64,000 bases of DNA from Psammoneis japonica (taxonomy: Eukaryota). The notes below the pieces were generated by a model, which worked only from the letters and a program-made list of their open reading frames with translations, ran no database searches and was not told where the DNA came from. Location of the stretch: NCBI GenBank assembly GCA_008632985.1, contig QPGO01000055.1, positions 287,100 to 351,099 of the forward strand, given 5' to 3'. The translations under genes and the position numbers were made by a program. How positions within the stretch are numbered: the stretch's first letter is position 1; every line of letters begins with the position of its first letter. Shown here piece after piece: positions 62,901 through 64,000 of this stretch.

Positions 62901-64000
62901 CGTCTCCATTCTCATTTCCAACGCTTCTACGCCCATTCTTTCTCTGTCCCAGGTCTATGCTCTCGAGACAAAGGGAAATTGTGTGGACAATGATTGCCTT
63001 ATTTGGCAAAGATCAGCTGCGACAACGTATGGCTTGGGCCCTCAGTCAAATTCTTGTCATTGCGAAGCAATCCATCAGCGTGGAAGGCAAAGACACAGAG
63101 ATTAATCTCAATTTCTACGATATCTTCGTCAGAAACGCGTTCGGCAATTATTTTGACGTGTTGCGCGAAATTAGCTTTTCGCCATTAATGGCGGAGAATC
63201 TCTCATATGTGAATTCTCGTTCGTCGGCGTACATGCTTGAGAAGTACGTTCGCCACGAATACGCAGACGAGAACTTTGCCAGGTACGAATGTGCAATCAA
63301 CATTAGGTTGAGACGCTTCATGAAAGCACATGGATACTCACACTTTGTTCCTCCTTCGTTGACTTCAGAGAGATAATGCAGCTCTTTTCCACCGGACTGG
63401 TCTTACTGAACGTTGACGGCACTCCTAAACTTGACGAAAATAACAAAACGATTGAAGTATACACGAATGCCGACATTCGCTCTTTTGCCCGCGCATGGAC
63501 CGGCTTTTCGCGACAAGTTGGGCGTGGTAACTACGAAGATATCGATAGTTCAAACCGACTGGATCCTATGCGCCTTATTCCAGAGTGGCGAGATCGTTTT
63601 CCAAAGACGGACCTATATGGAGGTTACATTGGCGATGGATATCCTTTGTGTGTTGACTTACCCGAGAAGCAGTTCCTGCGGAAGGGCGCAACGTATAGGC
63701 TGTTGGGGAGATCGGCTCTTCCGGAGTTGCAATACGATCAATCTCAATATACGAAACGTTTCACTCTGGACGAGAAAGACTCGTCTCTGTTTTCTGAGCT
63801 CTGTGAAGACCAAGGGAACGGGTGTAAGTTTGAAAACCAGGTGGTCCTTGACAAAAATCTAAAATGTCACGGACTGGAGTGCAGCGTTGATACTGTCCGT
63901 GTTGTGGAAGTCACGCCCGGAATGTTCTACGAATACGTGCGCCCACCTTGCGTTGAACACATTGTCTTCGAGAACGGGATGAAGCTAAATAAAGCGACAA
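59944..64000 (+). CDS. Large secreted DUF1800-domain protein, multi-exon, runs off the window end
   Basis: Signal peptide; ARFLEMATFGVT, DQLRQRMAWALSQILV, YDIFVRNAFGNY, ADENFAR-EIMQLF, FARAWTG; several GT-AG introns. Confidence 0.88.

Noticed and set aside
1..64000. CRISPR arrays, rRNA or tRNA genes, operons
   Set aside because: None seen; the sequence is intron-containing eukaryotic DNA.

Overview
Eukaryotic genomic DNA, most likely a pennate diatom (inferred from short GT-AG introns, bipartite plastid-targeting-like presequences, a DUF6824-like gene, a GABA-B-like GPCR and diatom-type LTR elements). Host genes include SLY1/Sec1, a class-C GPCR, TPR, NAD(P)-binding, MORN, coiled-coil, sulfotransferase-like, GT61-like, PA28, RimP-like, subtilisin and DUF1800 proteins. 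They alternate with four repeat-rich blocks (~1-740, ~6.1-9.3 kb, ~11.45-31.5 kb, ~38.3-47.4 kb). The central block is a nest: a tandemly duplicated secreted-protein gene carrying a full-length Gypsy, a full-length Copia, two TRIMs and three MITEs, all with readable TSDs. The strongest signal is that these blocks have lost almost all TpA dinucleotides through TA->TG / TA->CA transitions. Conserved Tyr becomes Cys/His, LTR pairs differ almost only by transitions including TG/CA swaps, a younger insertion is spared, and the effect spreads into flanking sequence. This looks like a repeat-directed, both-strand A:T->G:C hypermutation process, opposite in direction to fungal RIP and layered on CpG decay. 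All counts are manual and no database search was run.
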